This document shows positions 47,301 to 55,666 of a stretch of 64,000 nucleotides of DNA, one piece after another. Within the stretch, counting starts at the first letter, position 1. The number at the start of each line of letters is the position of its first letter. The DNA is taken from IMG/VR virus record IMGVR_UViG_3300045988_180190. The stretch is one strand, 5' to 3'. The stretch comes from a virus. Both the position numbers and the translations under genes were made by a program. The notes below the pieces were generated by a model. The model was given only the letters and a program-made list of their open reading frames with translations, was not told where the DNA came from and ran no database searches.

Positions 47301-48467
47301 ACGAGGATTACGCATTAACTTTGTAACAATATTGCCAGCATTATCACAAGCTAACACCGGAACATCTCTGCCAGCTTCGGCCAACTCTTTAATAGTCACA
47401 TTTGTACGCCCGTCAGCAACAGCAACTTTGGTATCTCCAGTAAGACAAGGATTTGTCCCAACTAATTGCAACTCAGGTATATAGTTTGCGCAATGTGTCT
47501 CATTTGCCCTATCGAGAAATAAAACTCCAGGTTCCGAACGATTGCTAGTAGACTGCATTAAAGCTTCCCACAAATCCGTAGCCCTAACTGTGCGATAAAC
47601 TTTAACGGGGTAACCTTTTTTCTCCCATTTATCCAAGTCTCCATCCCATTCGGATTTATATTTTTCAAAAGCCGTATCAGGAAATCTCAATTGCCAAAAA
47701 TCAACAGCATCGATTTCTTCCTGCGAAGCATTGTTTTTAACAAGATCGTTAACTCTATTTAAAATATCCATAAAAGCATTGGTAACATTTACGGACATAT
47801 TCATTTTCGTTAAATGAAACGGCTTTTGCTTGGCAGTAATAAATTCGTAAATATCAGGGTGCCAGCAGCTTAAGCATAGCATCATTGCGCCCTTACGAAT
47901 TTTCTTCTTTTCGTTCTTGGGCGTTTTTTCTTTACTCTCTATATAATAATCTCCCGGACCTTCCGTAATAATCTCGGAACTTTTATCAAACAGCTCCAAA
48001 TACTTCACAGCGCCGGGTGTTCTAGCACCTATGCCTTCTATATAAGAACCTCTGGGACGAATAAAACTGCAATTTAAACCCCAACCCCCTTCAGATTTTA
48101 AAGTCAAAACCTGATTCTTTAAGACCTCCATGATTCCTTCAACGGAATCCATATCATACTTAGGTTGGGGGGATAAAAAACAGTTGACGAGGGAGACATT
48201 TGTGCAATTTCCCCCGGCATTTGCCAATATGCGGCCTCCGGGTATAAACTTAAAATCTTTTAAAATATCATAAAAAGCATTGGCATAAAATCTTTTGGAT
48301 TCGTCATCCTTTTCTACGTTAGCTACGGCATTTGCCACACGTCTCCATGTATCTGTAATACTATTTTCATTTTGCGTTTTATAAGTTACTTCCCAAATCT
48401 GACGGGAAAAATCATTCGTAAACGGATCCGGATTATCCGGAGTTTTTGCTTTTAATTGTTCGTCCAT
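44325..48467 (-). CDS. ribonucleotide reductase, class II-like, intein-containing
   Basis: GTNP[intein]CGEQVLYSGGCCNLGSINL restores NPCGEQ...CNLGSINL. C-terminal Cys cluster CPVCGG...CKKCYSCGWSACG. Confidence 0.8.
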   Translation of the reverse strand: MDEQLKAKTPDNPDPFTNDFSRQIWEVTYKTQNENSITDTWRRVANAVANVEKDDESKRFYANAFYDILKDFKFIPGGRILANAGGNCTNVSLVNCFLSPQPKYDMDSVEGIMEVLKNQVLTLKSEGGWGLNCSFIRPRGSYIEGIGARTPGAVKYLELFDKSSEIITEGPGDYYIESKEKTPKNEKKKIRKGAMMLCLSCWHPDIYEFITAKQKPFHLTKMNMSVNVTNAFMDILNRVNDLVKNNASQEEIDAVDFWQLRFPDTAFEKYKSEWDGDLDKWEKKGYPVKVYRTVRATDLWEALMQSTSNRSEPGVLFLDRANETHCANYIPELQLVGTNPCLTGDTKVAVADGRTNVTIKELAEAGRDVPVLACDNAGNIVTKLMRNPRITGYNKDIYRVTLDDGNHIDCTSNHKFRLSDGTYKEVKDMSPGESLYVASISYQKFNEIFNRSSNSQLYAWIKTSGKKSRKALHRINAEYVIGRRLTNAEVVHHKDYNGLNNSLDNLEVMSKAAHDALHCKRMFGKTNPMCRAATEWTKAKWDSYKEKQKNASFGEKNKNYKGVSNEILLDIAKDLILKYQRFFSVKELQDELASRGFHVLQSFNDDYRVKFFGGGGIRDICKYAAKALGVYNDLMKCDSRLQRTYLNAVSQGYETKIVNNRVLVKKICENCGKEFFTPFQSREVAFCSNLCVNRNKLKQENYIQHLRQGISNYASKTKGENRIRQLKAYTDLKFALSRDPFKCEFDSYCKQNKIPHRFGPISAFRSYADLKTQAVDFNHRIVSIEYIGKQDVYTGTVDDVHNYCVGMFETVNEHGHPKFYMLNNQQCGEQVLYSGGCCNLGSINLTAFIEYDEIKHAAVFNFQKFSDIIPYCVRFLDNVIDIANLPLKEYKYMAESYRRIGLGITGIGSALMMLGLKYDSTEAKDFLTKVFDVYNFLGIRASIALAKCKGAFKGCNPAKHADNIKYTFRHLPKYILDALQKELLETNGIRNSALFSVQPTGNTGCLANNISGGVEPVFQLEYYRIVGMPNIPDFLRDKCPRFWEGDFKPNAYFKEAKYADFTYLTYTGEDGVEYQIHKDRGLCKKVLIRDYAYQWIKDHNLEYPQEVFTTAMQLPVESHLEILKLVSAHLDSAVSKTINVGKDYPYEQFKNVYLDAYNSGVIKGVTTYREGSMSAVLQSTDAKEDVNPTSTSIIHPTITADKRPDVLPCRVFFRTVKGVSYYFIVSFLGDCPFEMFIDINEDNIFDDEGEWVERRRIIPKHVKEGTLRKIAKATFEFTSKDGKFHYKIVKTNESSDKATLTALARLVALNLQSGVSLKEIIHQLSKTEGDFTSIVKAINKVLLQCAGKLDLGETCPVCGGKVLREEGCKKCYSCGWSACG
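45990..47447 (-). mobile_element. large intein (486 aa) with an HNH endonuclease domain in the RNR active-site motif
   Basis: Starts CLTGDTKVAV (Cys341). Block B is CTSNHKF. HNH motif VVHHKDYNGLNNSLDNLEVMSKAAHDALH. Block F-like VYTGTVDDVHNYCVG. Last residues are NNQQ before Cys827. Confidence 0.8.
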
Positions 48468-48502
48468 AGTGTTGATTTAGATTCTCTATATTTAATTATG
48501 TG

Positions 48503-49834
48503 TCAATACAATTCATATCTTCTTTTAAGGTCTAAAATAATGTTTTGATCCATTATTTCTCCTAAGTCTTTATAAGCTAATGGATAATCTAGCTCATCAA
48601 CAGAAATACCTCCTAACATAGAAATACTTCTACGAAGTTTCGAAGCCGTGGAGTTTCCAACTGTATCATGATCCACAGCCAAAATAATCCTATCAAACAT
48701 ACCGTTACTAATTAGTTTTAACTGTCCTACAGATAGAGAACCTCCCAAGTATGCGCAGAAGGGAGGTCCCATACGAGCCGCATCCATTACCCCCTCACAC
48801 AAACCTATCACTCTAGAACCGGGAGTTCTTTCAAGATTAAACTCTCTTGCTGCGTCAAATCCCATCAAGACATTCCCCGCCTTAGAACCTGGAGATAAGT
48901 AATATTTCTTCTTGGCTATAGACGGATACACTCCTTCTATAGGTATAAACTTACCTTGAGAATCCTTTTCAGCCACTTTGTAGTACCCACTAATCCTTCC
49001 GTAGGGGTCGTCTACAAAATGAGCATAGAGTAATTTATCATTTCCCACTTGTTTATCAAGTACCCTCGCCTGCCACAGCTTTGGTTTACCTAACTGCAAA
49101 GCGGTAAAAATTAAACAACCCTGGGGCGTAAAAAACTTAAAGGGGTCCACAACATAATTCGTGGTATCTTTCCCTAATTTCAGGTGTTTTAATTGAGGGT
49201 TTTCCTTGACGCAAAAAGAAGTGTTAAACTGCTTTACTAAAGAAGTCATATCTGTAAAGCCTCTGTCGTTCAGATATGCAACAGCCGGATGGTTTACTGG
49301 AAGTGCGTCTACTGGTATCAACTCCCCGGGAGATACCCAGGTGCTTTCCGAAGGTGAAGTGTCGCCAAACACCATAGCTGCAGATAATATGTCTTTGTTT
49401 TTGTAATTTTTGAGAAAAGGCCCAGGGTCCCAGCTCAAATACCACTTATATGATCTGTCACGGTGCCTCACTTCAATCGGTCTCATTTCCAATAAGTCTT
49501 TTATATTATAAAACTTATTTGTCTTTACACATCGTGCTGCATGGTTGTGTCCCTCTGCTGCAAACTTCGATAAATTTATATATAAATGTTTGGAAGATAA
49601 TTCTTTAGGTCCATCTTCCTGAAGTAATTCCGGGTCTGGTATAGATAGTTCCACATGGTTACTGTCTATTACATGAAGTTTTCCGGTGTAATGGATCATT
49701 AAAAGTCTAGTGAGCAATCTTTGTATCTGCTGGCTCAACTTGAAGTTTACTGCATTACATGTTCTTTCTAGGGAAGATAGGTCTATTTTTAACATCCTGT
49801 CGTTTAGGATAAATGTTTTTGAAGATGTTGTCAT
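48503..49834 (-). CDS. Toprim-domain DNA primase
   Basis: GLCEGVMDAARMG (Toprim Glu) and ILAVDHDTVGN (DxD). Confidence 0.6.
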   Translation of the reverse strand: MTTSSKTFILNDRMLKIDLSSLERTCNAVNFKLSQQIQRLLTRLLMIHYTGKLHVIDSNHVELSIPDPELLQEDGPKELSSKHLYINLSKFAAEGHNHAARCVKTNKFYNIKDLLEMRPIEVRHRDRSYKWYLSWDPGPFLKNYKNKDILSAAMVFGDTSPSESTWVSPGELIPVDALPVNHPAVAYLNDRGFTDMTSLVKQFNTSFCVKENPQLKHLKLGKDTTNYVVDPFKFFTPQGCLIFTALQLGKPKLWQARVLDKQVGNDKLLYAHFVDDPYGRISGYYKVAEKDSQGKFIPIEGVYPSIAKKKYYLSPGSKAGNVLMGFDAAREFNLERTPGSRVIGLCEGVMDAARMGPPFCAYLGGSLSVGQLKLISNGMFDRIILAVDHDTVGNSTASKLRRSISMLGGISVDELDYPLAYKDLGEIMDQNIILDLKRRYELY

Positions 49835-49992
49835 AGCTTCTATATTTTCTGGTTATAGCTATTATTGTGGTGAGTTTATTTACACGTAGTTTTCATAGGT
49901 AGTGTTCTTTCTTTTACGTTTTTAGTTGAATTGTATCTAAAAAATCTCTCGTTTATGCAGAAATCGTTTACGATTTCAGCATAAACTTATTA

Positions 49993-50026
49993 GTTTCTTT
50001 AAGATTATGTAAAGAATATTCAGTAT
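49993..50026 (+). repeat. 34-nt perfect direct repeat, copy 1
   Basis: gtttctttaagattatgtaaagaatattcagtat, identical to 50572..50605. Confidence 0.95.
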
Positions 50027-50091
50027 TTATTTATTCTCTAAATATAATTTTGAGCCTTTTTAGTACTGTTTTATTCTCAAAATTATATTTC

Positions 50092-50480
50092 TAAGTAAGC
50101 TTCAAGCTTTAGCCTTGGTAGCTTACTTAGCTTTAAGACACAAGCAGGCTTGTGTCTTAAAGCATACCATTGGGGGAGCACTTTACGGTGCTATCAGGCT
50201 AATACATAAGAGCCAGCAATGCGCTGTGTGGACTAGGATTAGGATATATCTTTACCACTTATCCTCCCCTCAGCAGTCTCTCAAGACCTTAGGTGCGTCT
50301 TTTATCCACAAGCCTCCTGTGAATCACCAAGGTTTTGCTTTGCTACCACCCAAGCCTAATAGGCTCAATACGCAGCTTAGTATGGACACAGCAAACCCAT
50401 CTTCCACCTTAACATTCTCACTCAGTTCTTTCTTTAGTTTCCGGATTTTTCCCCAGATAACTTTTATCTTCCGGTTTTTT
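50092..50480 (+). ncRNA. candidate structured RNA, class unknown
   Basis: TAAGTAAGCT...AGCTTACTTA, a 15-bp hairpin at 50130..50163, long-range GCTGTGT/ACACAGC and GGGGAG/CTCCCC pairings. Ends CCGGA...TCCGG-T6 on the plus strand. Confidence 0.3.
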
Positions 50481-50571
50481 CTATATTATAAGTAATGTAA
50501 TATAAAGAATAAGATCATAATAGTAAGCTTACCACTACCTCCATAGAAAACATTTTTTCACTTAAGCCATC

Positions 50572-50605
50572 GTTTCTTTAAGATTATGTAAAGAATATTC
50601 AGTAT
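50572..50605 (+). repeat. 34-nt perfect direct repeat, copy 2
   Basis: Identical to 49993..50026. Confidence 0.95.
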
Positions 50606-50828
50606 AGACAATGCTTCGGCAAATTACATACACTTGACACCACGCTTTCTTGAATATCCCTCAAAAATTTCATAAATTTACAATTTTAGCTTATTATTTT
50701 CCTAATGAGTTTTTGCATCTTTTTATCTATTACAAATTTACGTATATTAAAATTTTTTATTAAAAATTCTTGACGCATTTAAAATTAGTAGTCATTATCG
50801 GGTTAATTAATTTAAAAACAACACCCTC

Positions 50829-52892
50829 ATGAACGATAAAACTATCCAGCAAATTGAATTCGATTCCTCCCCCTGGGATGAGGAATTGCCCTATGAATAT
50901 GTGGGAGAAGATGAACATGATAAGGTTTTAGAGGACCTTTGCAAACTTCTTAGGACACCCCTTGATCCTGATATACATAGGAAAGTAAATCCAGATTATG
51001 ATACACGTTGCACAAATCTACTGTCCCACAGACATCAGATACCTAAAGGCTTTAAATACTCCAAGCCATTTAACTACTCTGAAGAGGGCAGAAAACGAAA
51101 AGTTTATCTGATGCAACAAATCAATCTCAGAAAGGCTGAGAAGAGAAGGGCTGAAGCACTAGCTAAACAACAACTTATCAATTCAACCGAAGAAGAGCAC
51201 TCCGAAGGAAATGCAACTCAAGGGGTTAGTCAAGATGCAATCTCTAGTGACCAAGGTTGGATTACTTCAGAGGGTCGCATTCACTTGCCTAAAAAGGGCA
51301 TACCCTCCATTAAGTTTCCCCAAATCTATCTTCCTCAATATAAAACTTACAGCAAATCCTACAATCGCATAACCATTGCAGATACACACTCTTTGTATTT
51401 TAGAGAGGTAAAAGCGGATATTGCACCATGGGATAATGAAGTGCTACAATTAAAATTTATATTTGAATCCGTTGAAAGTGACGGACTTAAATTCTCTAAT
51501 ACCATCTTAATTAGACCCAAATGGTCTGTTGCTGAACGCGCTGAAGATAATTCTCTTAAATTCTTTGAGCAGTATCTTAAGAACCTGATCCCCGCTTTAG
51601 GAGGCAGGCTTCGTAAGAATACCTATCAAAAAATGATGTTTGAGTGGACAAAGATAATGCTTGATGTTCCGGATTTTATGGAATACGACAAAACTAATTT
51701 AAGACTGGTAACCCCTGAAGCTTCAAGTCATAAGTATTCCTCCTGGAAACACAATATGGAACGTATTCAGTCATACTTTACTAAATACTACAATCGTAAG
51801 GTTGTCACTATATTACGTTATGATTTCCTTAATCCAAAATATCACACAGTATCTTTGGTACCCCACAGGTTTTTTAAGACCCGCACTAAACGTAGTGACC
51901 TACTTCCTGATATAAAACAAGCAATCGATAAAAGTATTAGTATATTTCAAGATCGCTACAATACTATATCCAAGATCGCATTGGACTCCGGGGAAGCTAT
52001 GGAGAAAGTATACCCAATGGTAGGTCCGGGATTTTGGGGAAAAATTGATAAAGCGAAGTATGAAATAGATTTACCCAAAGCGATTCAAGATCTAGAAACG
52101 CTAAAGAAAAAGTTGAAATCTATGGGCATTAAGCAAGTATTTCGTCCTGGACTGGACTATATAATGAAGTCTGGGGCTAAAGTATATGGAGTTATAGATA
52201 ATCCTAAAACTTTAGAGGAAGAATTTTGTAACGACATGCGCAGAATATGGTATGCTGAAGATTTAAACACAAAGGAAGACCTTACTCCACAAGTCCCACA
52301 ATGGCACATACAGCGCTTGTTGTCTCAGCTATGTCGACACAAAAAATATAAGGATTTACCCATGGAAAGAAAGATTTATCTTACAGGATTGCTTAGACAT
52401 GAAAATGATAAAATTTTTCATAATGACGTTGTTAAGGATATGGAAGAGCTGCAGATTTATGAAAACAGAGAAAAGCTTTCCGAAACTTTAGCGGACTTTG
52501 TATTTCAGCAAAGATTTTATTTTATGCCAAAAGGACCTGTAGGCAGGAACTCCAAAAAGTTCGGAAATAGAGACAGATGTGCAATATACGATTTAGCAAT
52601 AAAACCTTTATTATATAAACTCGCAAAAGGCGTGATTGAAGGTTCTTGCAAAATTAATACATTTGTAGTTAATATCTTGGCTAAGGCAAAAAAATCTATT
52701 CAGTCCTTATTTGGATATGGTAAGTTTTTTAAGCAGTACCTTAATTACAAAAGAGGGGGTCTTACGTTTGACCAGTATGATAAATTAGCCGATAAATGGC
52801 AGCAAGATAACGCTTACGTTTCAAACAACTTATGGATTCCCATCGTGGAGGAAGCTTATTTATCCTTGCACGATGGGAAATCCCAGAAATAA
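50829..52892 (+). CDS. large basic hypothetical protein (687 aa)
   Basis: Long ORF on the opposite strand to its neighbours. K/Y-rich. No motif recognised. Confidence 0.7.
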   Translation: MNDKTIQQIEFDSSPWDEELPYEYVGEDEHDKVLEDLCKLLRTPLDPDIHRKVNPDYDTRCTNLLSHRHQIPKGFKYSKPFNYSEEGRKRKVYLMQQINLRKAEKRRAEALAKQQLINSTEEEHSEGNATQGVSQDAISSDQGWITSEGRIHLPKKGIPSIKFPQIYLPQYKTYSKSYNRITIADTHSLYFREVKADIAPWDNEVLQLKFIFESVESDGLKFSNTILIRPKWSVAERAEDNSLKFFEQYLKNLIPALGGRLRKNTYQKMMFEWTKIMLDVPDFMEYDKTNLRLVTPEASSHKYSSWKHNMERIQSYFTKYYNRKVVTILRYDFLNPKYHTVSLVPHRFFKTRTKRSDLLPDIKQAIDKSISIFQDRYNTISKIALDSGEAMEKVYPMVGPGFWGKIDKAKYEIDLPKAIQDLETLKKKLKSMGIKQVFRPGLDYIMKSGAKVYGVIDNPKTLEEEFCNDMRRIWYAEDLNTKEDLTPQVPQWHIQRLLSQLCRHKKYKDLPMERKIYLTGLLRHENDKIFHNDVVKDMEELQIYENREKLSETLADFVFQQRFYFMPKGPVGRNSKKFGNRDRCAIYDLAIKPLLYKLAKGVIEGSCKINTFVVNILAKAKKSIQSLFGYGKFFKQYLNYKRGGLTFDQYDKLADKWQQDNAYVSNNLWIPIVEEAYLSLHDGKSQK

Positions 52893-52906
52893 TTTACAAA
52901 CCTATG

Positions 52907-54490
52907 TTACGTACGTTTAATGTTTAGGCTATCTACTGAAGCTAGTTCCACCTTTGTCATTACATTGGACATGGGACTCGCTTGCTCTTTCTCCACAAAT
53001 CTCTGATACGCAAAATCCCTTATTACAGGATAGTGGTATGGAGGGGATAGTCTATTTTTCCAAAAGTTAAACGTTTGTTGAGACTTGTATGACGCCTGAA
53101 TCTGATTAGACACTCTTGTTTTTGGATTTTCCAATCTGGAAATTCCCAATGCCCAAGAAGCGTCCTGGTCTAGCGTTTTACAGTCTGCTAGTTCCGTGAT
53201 AGTAATCATTGCTATATTTTCAGCTTGTTTAGGATTTACTTGAGCCATAACTACACCAGCAAGATGTTTTTGCTTCATAACCTTGCAAATATACTTCATA
53301 GTATAGTCGTAATACTCGTTTTTCTTTGCTTTTTCTTCTGGTGGCTTTTCAATGCCTCCACCAATCCAGTCAATAATTACAACATCAAGCCCACCATTTA
53401 ACTCTACAAAGCTATCTATAGCGTGTTCCAAACTACTAGTTATTTTGTTTCCCTTTAAACCCCAGTTTTCAAAATATAAATATGGCTTAACCAGCTGAGT
53501 GAATTCTTTTATTTCAGATATTTGTTGTTTAGACAACTTGTTATTATTAATGGCGTGACGTATTCCGTCATTAATTAAATCAAATGGAATATTTGTACTT
53601 AGACTCACACATCTGGGAACAAGATTCACCGCATGCTGTTCTGTAGATATAAATAATACCTTAAAGGCATTTAATGCGAGTCCAACAGCCAGCTGACACG
53701 CAAACACAGTTTTACCCCCAGAAGGTAGCGACGCTACAATACCGGTTTCTCCCTTTTTCAATCCGCCAGCCAATACCCTTGTAAATATAGGCAGTGTAGC
53801 CACCGGCATGCGATACCCCCCATTATCGGTATCCTCAAAGTCTACAGCATCCTCAAAGGACATGCAAGTGGAGTCTTCCACGGACAAGCCATCAGTTGCA
53901 GATTTAATCTTTGTAATTAACTCTTCTGCGGTTATCTTAGAATTATAGGTATTTGTTGTTATTTGAGCTACACGCCTTAATTCTAACCAAAAAGCTAATC
54001 CAGATTTGGCAAAGCTAAAAATAACTTCCTTATTATCTAAGGAATCTGAAATAAGTTTTCTTATATCAGACAAACTTTCTTCCGCAAATTTTACGTCTTC
54101 TATACTAAGCTTGCCCAAGTACATTTGGTCTCTCAAAAGACCCATTACAAAATTAAGATCTACACCTGTGTCAGTTCTACATTCATTTTCTGCTACTTCG
54201 GAACTTTTATCTCCTAGGGCGTTATAGAAAACAACAATACCATCGTAAATGTTATTATGAATACTCTTACTAAAATCTTCATATGCTCTATATGTCCCAA
54301 TTTTTGCATTAACTCGGTCTTTACAATACACTCTCCAAAAATCATAACTTAAAACCATCGCCGCAAGAAGGTATTGTTCAAACAACCTTGTATTGCTTCT
54401 AATCAAACTTTTAATCGCAGGATTGTCCGTGATGGCGATGTCTCTAGAAGACTCATTCGTTGGCTGTTGTGTTGGGGATTCTATATCCAT
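52907..54490 (-). CDS. DnaB-like replicative helicase
   Basis: Walker A ASLPSGGKTVF, Walker B VVIIDWIGG, VMAQVN. Confidence 0.65.
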   Translation of the reverse strand: MDIESPTQQPTNESSRDIAITDNPAIKSLIRSNTRLFEQYLLAAMVLSYDFWRVYCKDRVNAKIGTYRAYEDFSKSIHNNIYDGIVVFYNALGDKSSEVAENECRTDTGVDLNFVMGLLRDQMYLGKLSIEDVKFAEESLSDIRKLISDSLDNKEVIFSFAKSGLAFWLELRRVAQITTNTYNSKITAEELITKIKSATDGLSVEDSTCMSFEDAVDFEDTDNGGYRMPVATLPIFTRVLAGGLKKGETGIVASLPSGGKTVFACQLAVGLALNAFKVLFISTEQHAVNLVPRCVSLSTNIPFDLINDGIRHAINNNKLSKQQISEIKEFTQLVKPYLYFENWGLKGNKITSSLEHAIDSFVELNGGLDVVIIDWIGGGIEKPPEEKAKKNEYYDYTMKYICKVMKQKHLAGVVMAQVNPKQAENIAMITITELADCKTLDQDASWALGISRLENPKTRVSNQIQASYKSQQTFNFWKNRLSPPYHYPVIRDFAYQRFVEKEQASPMSNVMTKVELASVDSLNIKRT

Positions 54491-55038
54491 GAAAAATCTA
54501 ATAGTCCTTTCTTTTCTGCAATAGCCTTTGCCAGACCTTTAATATTTGCAAGATCCTTTTTGGCGTCATCTAAATATTTAGACCTAACTATATCATCCTC
54601 TGGGGACAAGGATAGCCTAAGCCAAGCAGGAATTTGAAATCCTCCCAGTCTTAAGACCGTAATATGAGAACCCCCTGGATGTGATTTTAGAAAATTTCTA
54701 ATTATCTCCACGGCTTTTTTATATTCCCGGTCCACATATTGTTCCGCAGAAATTTGCGTCTCTTTCCCTACGGTCTCTTGATATTGCTGTATTTTACGTT
54801 CAATTTTTGAGTTTATGAGCGTTGCAGGAAAAATGGTTATGCCTCTTTTCCCCCAAGTGTCAAACACAAAATCAATATAAAATTTTTCAGTTACATCTAG
54901 CTGTTGACATTTTTCGGAAATTTTTTGCCAGATGTCTACCTTGTCATATTTGGGCATTAACTTATAAAACGGGTTACGCTCCTTTTGACACATAATAAAA
55001 TATTCTCTAATATCTTCAATTCTTACTGGCATAAGCAT
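54481..55038 (-). CDS. hypothetical protein (helicase-coupled)
   Basis: The track ORF extends to 55227 through non-coding structured sequence. Met at 55038 follows AAGGAG. Overlaps the helicase start by 10 nt. Confidence 0.55.
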   Translation of the reverse strand: MLMPVRIEDIREYFIMCQKERNPFYKLMPKYDKVDIWQKISEKCQQLDVTEKFYIDFVFDTWGKRGITIFPATLINSKIERKIQQYQETVGKETQISAEQYVDREYKKAVEIIRNFLKSHPGGSHITVLRLGGFQIPAWLRLSLSPEDDIVRSKYLDDAKKDLANIKGLAKAIAEKKGLLDFSWI

Positions 55039-55081
55039 CTCCTTTGAGTTATAGCTAAAAAAAATATGAATAAAGTGAAGT

Positions 55082-55135
55082 AAAAATAAACGATTCAAGG
55101 AGTCCCATTTGCATGGGACTTTTAAACCTTGAATC
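55082..55135 (-). terminator. two-tier hairpin terminator
   Basis: GATTCAAGG..AGTCCCAT-gcaa-ATGGGACT-CCTTGAATC followed by GTTTATTTTT (minus strand). Confidence 0.65.
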
Positions 55136-55588
55136 AGATTATTTTTTTTTCGGTAGTTGTAAATACAGGAAGCCGCCGCAGGGAGAAAGGAGGAAGCCCT
55201 GCGACGGCTCGAGTAGTTAACAATCATTTTACCAATTATCCAGTTGCCCAGATTTTAGCCTTGCGAGATTCCCCGTGTGGCTTAGCCTCTTGGTAGCGGC
55301 TGAATGGCTTAAACTTATAAAATTTAATTAATTATTAATGTACATAACTTCATGTTAATGTCCAGAAAAAAACATATTTTGTTAATAAAAGTAAAGCCAG
55401 AGATTGTCTGCACCCTAACGAACAGGTGTAATTACTACCTGTGGGGAATCGGCGTAGTATTTTCTTATTGCACCACACTCTTTCAGTGGCCTACCTTAGC
55501 GATAAGGCGTATACTCATACTTTTTGACTGACCGTGACAATCTACGGAAAGGTTGCTACCCTTTATTTGACGCCTCTGGCAAAGAACG
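55136..55588 (-). ncRNA. candidate large structured RNA immediately 3' of tRNA-Asn
   Basis: Long-range 8-bp pairings AGATTGTC/GACAATCT and GATTCCCC/GGGGAATC. 12-bp stem GCCGTCGCAGGG/CCCTGCGGCGGC whose G-U pair exists only on the minus strand. No ORF. Confidence 0.35.
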
Positions 55589-55660
55589 CTCCGAGAGAAG
55601 GGCTTGAACCTTCGACCAAGTGATTAACAGTCACCCGCTCTACCACTGAGCTATCTCGGA
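55589..55660 (-). tRNA. tRNA-Asn: tRNA-Asn (anticodon GTT)
   Basis: Hand-folded cloverleaf: acceptor TCCGAGA/TCTCGGA, D stem GCTC/GAGC, anticodon stem GGTGA/TCACT, loop CTGTTAA, T stem GAAGG/CCTTC, loop TTCAAGC, discriminator G. No encoded CCA. Confidence 0.9.
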
Positions 55661-55666
55661 TTTATG

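Noticed and set aside
50115-50495. 126-aa plus-strand ORF in the primase/ORF687 intergenic region
   Set aside because: It lies entirely within the hairpin-dense island, has a low-complexity, proline/leucine-biased translation and no upstream ribosome-binding site. It is more likely an accidental ORF over structured non-coding sequence.
54481-55227. N-terminal extensions of track ORFs (54481..55227, 5823..6185, 25774..26415)
   Set aside because: The extensions run through conserved regulatory modules, terminators or structured RNA. Internal Met codons with better context (55038, 6158, 26394) were preferred.
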